Assembly (NCBI GenBank): GCA_043228905.1
Contig: JBHGNT010000004.1
Coordinates: 17,980,001-18,044,000, forward strand
Origin: Azolla caroliniana
Taxonomy: Eukaryota > Plantae > Polypodiophyta
DNA length: 64,000 nt
Direction: 5' to 3'
Below are positions 61,101 to 64,000 of the stretch, piece after piece. Position 1 is the first letter of the stretch. The number at the start of each line of letters is the position of its first letter. A model generated the notes under the pieces. That model was not told the DNA's origin and did no database searches. It worked only from the letters and a program-made list of their open reading frames with translations. The translations under genes were made by a program, and so were the position numbers.

Positions 61101-64000
61101 GTACATCTAGATATATATGAATGTTCTCAATGAGGCCAAAATAGCCCATGAAATTGAATGAGAAATTACACCTTAAGATATTCTCATCTTTTAGAACAGC
61201 AGACCAGAATAAATATAAGTAAATGAATTAAACTGCCTACGGTATGAGATAATCTTGTTACCTAAACGTTTAACCTTCTGAGCTTAGATGAGACTATTGC
61301 ATCTCCAACAGGGGCTGATTCCAAGATGGTGTATGTTTTCATATTTTATCTCATCAATTTGCAACTTTAGGACTATAAACATTTCAATTTTATTTTCTTG
61401 TTTATACTTTTGATTGTCCATCCTTTCTTTGCTTGTGTTCTGCTGTTGTAAGTGCTTCTAATTGATATCAAGTTACACTTTCAATGTATGAAAATTGAGC
61501 TGCAGTGTACAGTTTTTGACGTTATAGAACTCTGGTTAGTTTTAAAGTTCAAATTTAGGGAATTTGTCACAATATTCTAAGTGTATTAGGAAACAATAGG
61601 TTTGTGCATACTCAGGGAGTCAGTAGTTCCAGATTTTTAAGTCAGAATCCTTAAGGGAATTAGTGGTTATTGACCTTAGCGTCCTTTGTTATGCTTGTTT
61701 AGTTTTCGTTCTTTTGGTGAAGTATCATAATAGTACCTTATCAAGAGAGAAGGTTTCCACCTGATGCTCATGCCTGTGATTTTTTATTTTTGATTGCACT
61801 ACTTGAACAAATGACAATTCGAAAATTGTGGTTACTTTTAGATGTTTATCATAAATAACTGTGCTTCTTTTATATGTATGATTATGCTTGATGGACTTCT
61901 AATTGGTCCATCTTTATGCACTTTCCAGAGCGAAGTTGTCACATTCAAGGTCTAGAAGCAGATCACATCTTTCTTCCAGAAGTGGATCAAGGTATAAAAA
62001 GCTGAAACGTATTATTAACTGAGAGTTATGGGGTAGTGTAAACTTAGCTACTGTGAATTATCCCAGTTTTTCCTTTTGAAGTTTGGAGCACACCATCTGA
62101 AATTAGGAAAGGCCTTTGGGGGTGCTAGTCTGCAAGATTCTCTGTACTGTGCATCTGCCTTATGTTGCCTAATCTTTTGGTATGTGTATTCATGTATCTC
62201 TGGATTTATTTACTGGCACCAGCAAAAAAATGATAGGAGACAGCTTCCCTGCTCGTGCATACTTATGGAACTTAATGGTATATCGTGGCTTCTTTAAGTG
62301 AAAAGATAATTCAGGTAGTTGCAACTATAATAGTCATACCTTGCACCTTACATGTGTATATTTGCTTGTCTACAATAATTGGGTATATGGAATCCAATCT
62401 ATCAACTATAAGTCCACAGATGAAACAAACATTGTTTTATTGCATGTATGTAGGACAAATGTAATGATAGAGATGCATCTAAGGTGTGGGCTTGCTAACC
62501 TGAATATGGTTTGATTTCTGGCTGATGCATTTACTGGATCATATGCCTCTCAAGTGATTGCAGCTGCATTTGATGAATGTTTTATTTTGTAACAGGTTTA
62601 AACACTTTGGAGTACCTCAGTTGTAGATGTAAAAACACGGATTTCATCTATGTAACATGTTCATCTAGTTTTTTGAATTTTGGAAGCTCTGTAAACATTA
62701 TAGGTGTAGTGCATACATTCCTGAAAGGACTATGCAATCAAGTTCGAGTAACAAGAACTTTGTTGTTTGTTTCTACTGTAGGTCTCCTCCCCCATTGCGC
62801 AAGAGGTATGCATCACGCAGTGTGTCTCACTCACCACCTCGGAATTGGTCGAGGTCTCCACCAAGGAGAAGACGGTCCCCTATTAATTTCCACCATCATC
62901 GGTCAAGATCTCCTAGGTCTCCAAGGCGTTCAAATTCCTTAAGAAGGCATCACCATTCACTAACATATGCTCGTTCTCGGTGTGAACACTCCCCCCGAAT
63001 TGGTTATCGATCAACATCACGAAGAAGGCATTCACCAATCTCATCACATTTTCCGCGTAGAGGTCGATCTCCCATTGCATATTCACCAAGAAGGCACCGG
63101 TCGCCCAGCTACCCTCGGTGGAGGAAGTCTCCGGTTCGATCCCCTCTTAGGCACCATCGGAGATCTCCAAGGTATTCTCGTAATTCGCCTCAATGTTATT
63201 TTTCTCCACCCCCAAGACATCATGAGGTTGTTGATAGGTCTCCACGAAAGTACACTAATAGGTCACCACAACAAAGGTATGTTGATAGGTCACCACCAGT
63301 TCAAAATGTTGATAGGTCACGACAAAGGGATGTTGATAGATCACCTCGAAAACGCCCTAAATCATCACCTCAGCATGGTACCCCATCAACACTATCACCA
63401 CCCGCTGCTCGCTCACCATCTTATGAAGCTTGTGCAGTGTCATCCTCTCCACGATCTCCGGGGTCTCAATCCCGCTCATATGTTCATCCCTCTCCTCAAA
63501 GACATGTTTTAAATAGGTCATTGTCTCCAGTGCAACAATGCAAGCAGCATTACTCAGTCGATTCTCCCTCTCCAATTGAACAGGAAAGATTAGAGCATCT
63601 TGAGAGGCAAGAAAGAAAACACTCTTCATATTCTCCATCTGCCCGACAATGCTCTCCTTGTTCTGGTGCACAGAGGAGAAGGTTAAGCACATTCATCACT
63701 TATTTGTTATATCACAAGTTGAGAAACTATTTTTTCTATAATCTTATGGTCAATGTTTTCTTTCTACCTGCAGTAGGACTCCTTCAATGCAGACAGAGAA
63801 GGATAGAATCGATCTTGATGCAAGAATTGGAACTCAGAGAACAATTGGAAGGTGTCTTGCTTTGTGATCCGATTTTTGTGATGGGAGTGCTTTTTGAAGA
63901 CCTAGCTATATGCATCTGATTTTAATTATTACTTATCCAACAGGTCTAGAAGAGCTCATTCTCAATCAAGTGATAGCAGGGAGGTTTCTGTTCATGAGGA
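58164..64000 (+). CDS. SRRM1: SRm160/SRRM1-like PWI-domain, RS-rich splicing coactivator (3' end beyond the window)
   Basis: Exons 58164-58184 (MSGGFFR), 59232-59321 (GTSADQDTRFSNK), 59469-59591 (VDMSKVNMDVMKPWI...GFEDEV), 59767-59934 (QIQITGFMEKNTGKFMKELW), 60148-60231, 60562-60671, 61929-61991, RS/SP-rich 62782-63681, and further exons. Confidence 0.92.

Noticed and set aside
62732-62781. ATG at 62732 as the start of a separate 395-aa RS protein
   Set aside because: It is an internal exon of the PWI gene, entered at the acceptor before 62782.

Overview
Eukaryotic land-plant nuclear DNA, most likely from a seed-free plant such as a fern (inferred from a Tcn1-like chromovirus, a long PLS-class PPR gene and a small-exon EF-hand gene). 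It holds five host genes: the 3' half of a CYP704B-type P450, a ubiquitin-domain PI4-kinase gamma, a 10-exon uncharacterised EF-hand gene that the ORF track misses, a PLS-E PPR gene, and an SRRM1/SRm160-like PWI-RS gene running off the right edge. These are separated by two deeply nested transposon clusters. The first (3.5-24 kb) is hAT-type MITE < Copia < chromovirus Gypsy < Gypsy mosaic, followed by two further Gypsy remnants. The second (33.8-47 kb) is a LINE containing a MITE-in-MITE and a non-autonomous LTR element that itself contains a Copia. The most striking unexplained signals are in the LTRs. (i) Two different LTR families lack a tRNA PBS and instead carry a 10-12 nt sequence complementary to their own predicted transcript 5' end, with compensatory changes between the families (Tf1-type self-priming). 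(ii) Three different Gypsy-type LTR families each carry an antisense tRNA-like A-box/B-box cassette in U3. (iii) There are two large foldback inverted duplications, one of which gives a Copia with two U3 ends inside an intact TSD. All coordinates were read by eye and no database searches were run.
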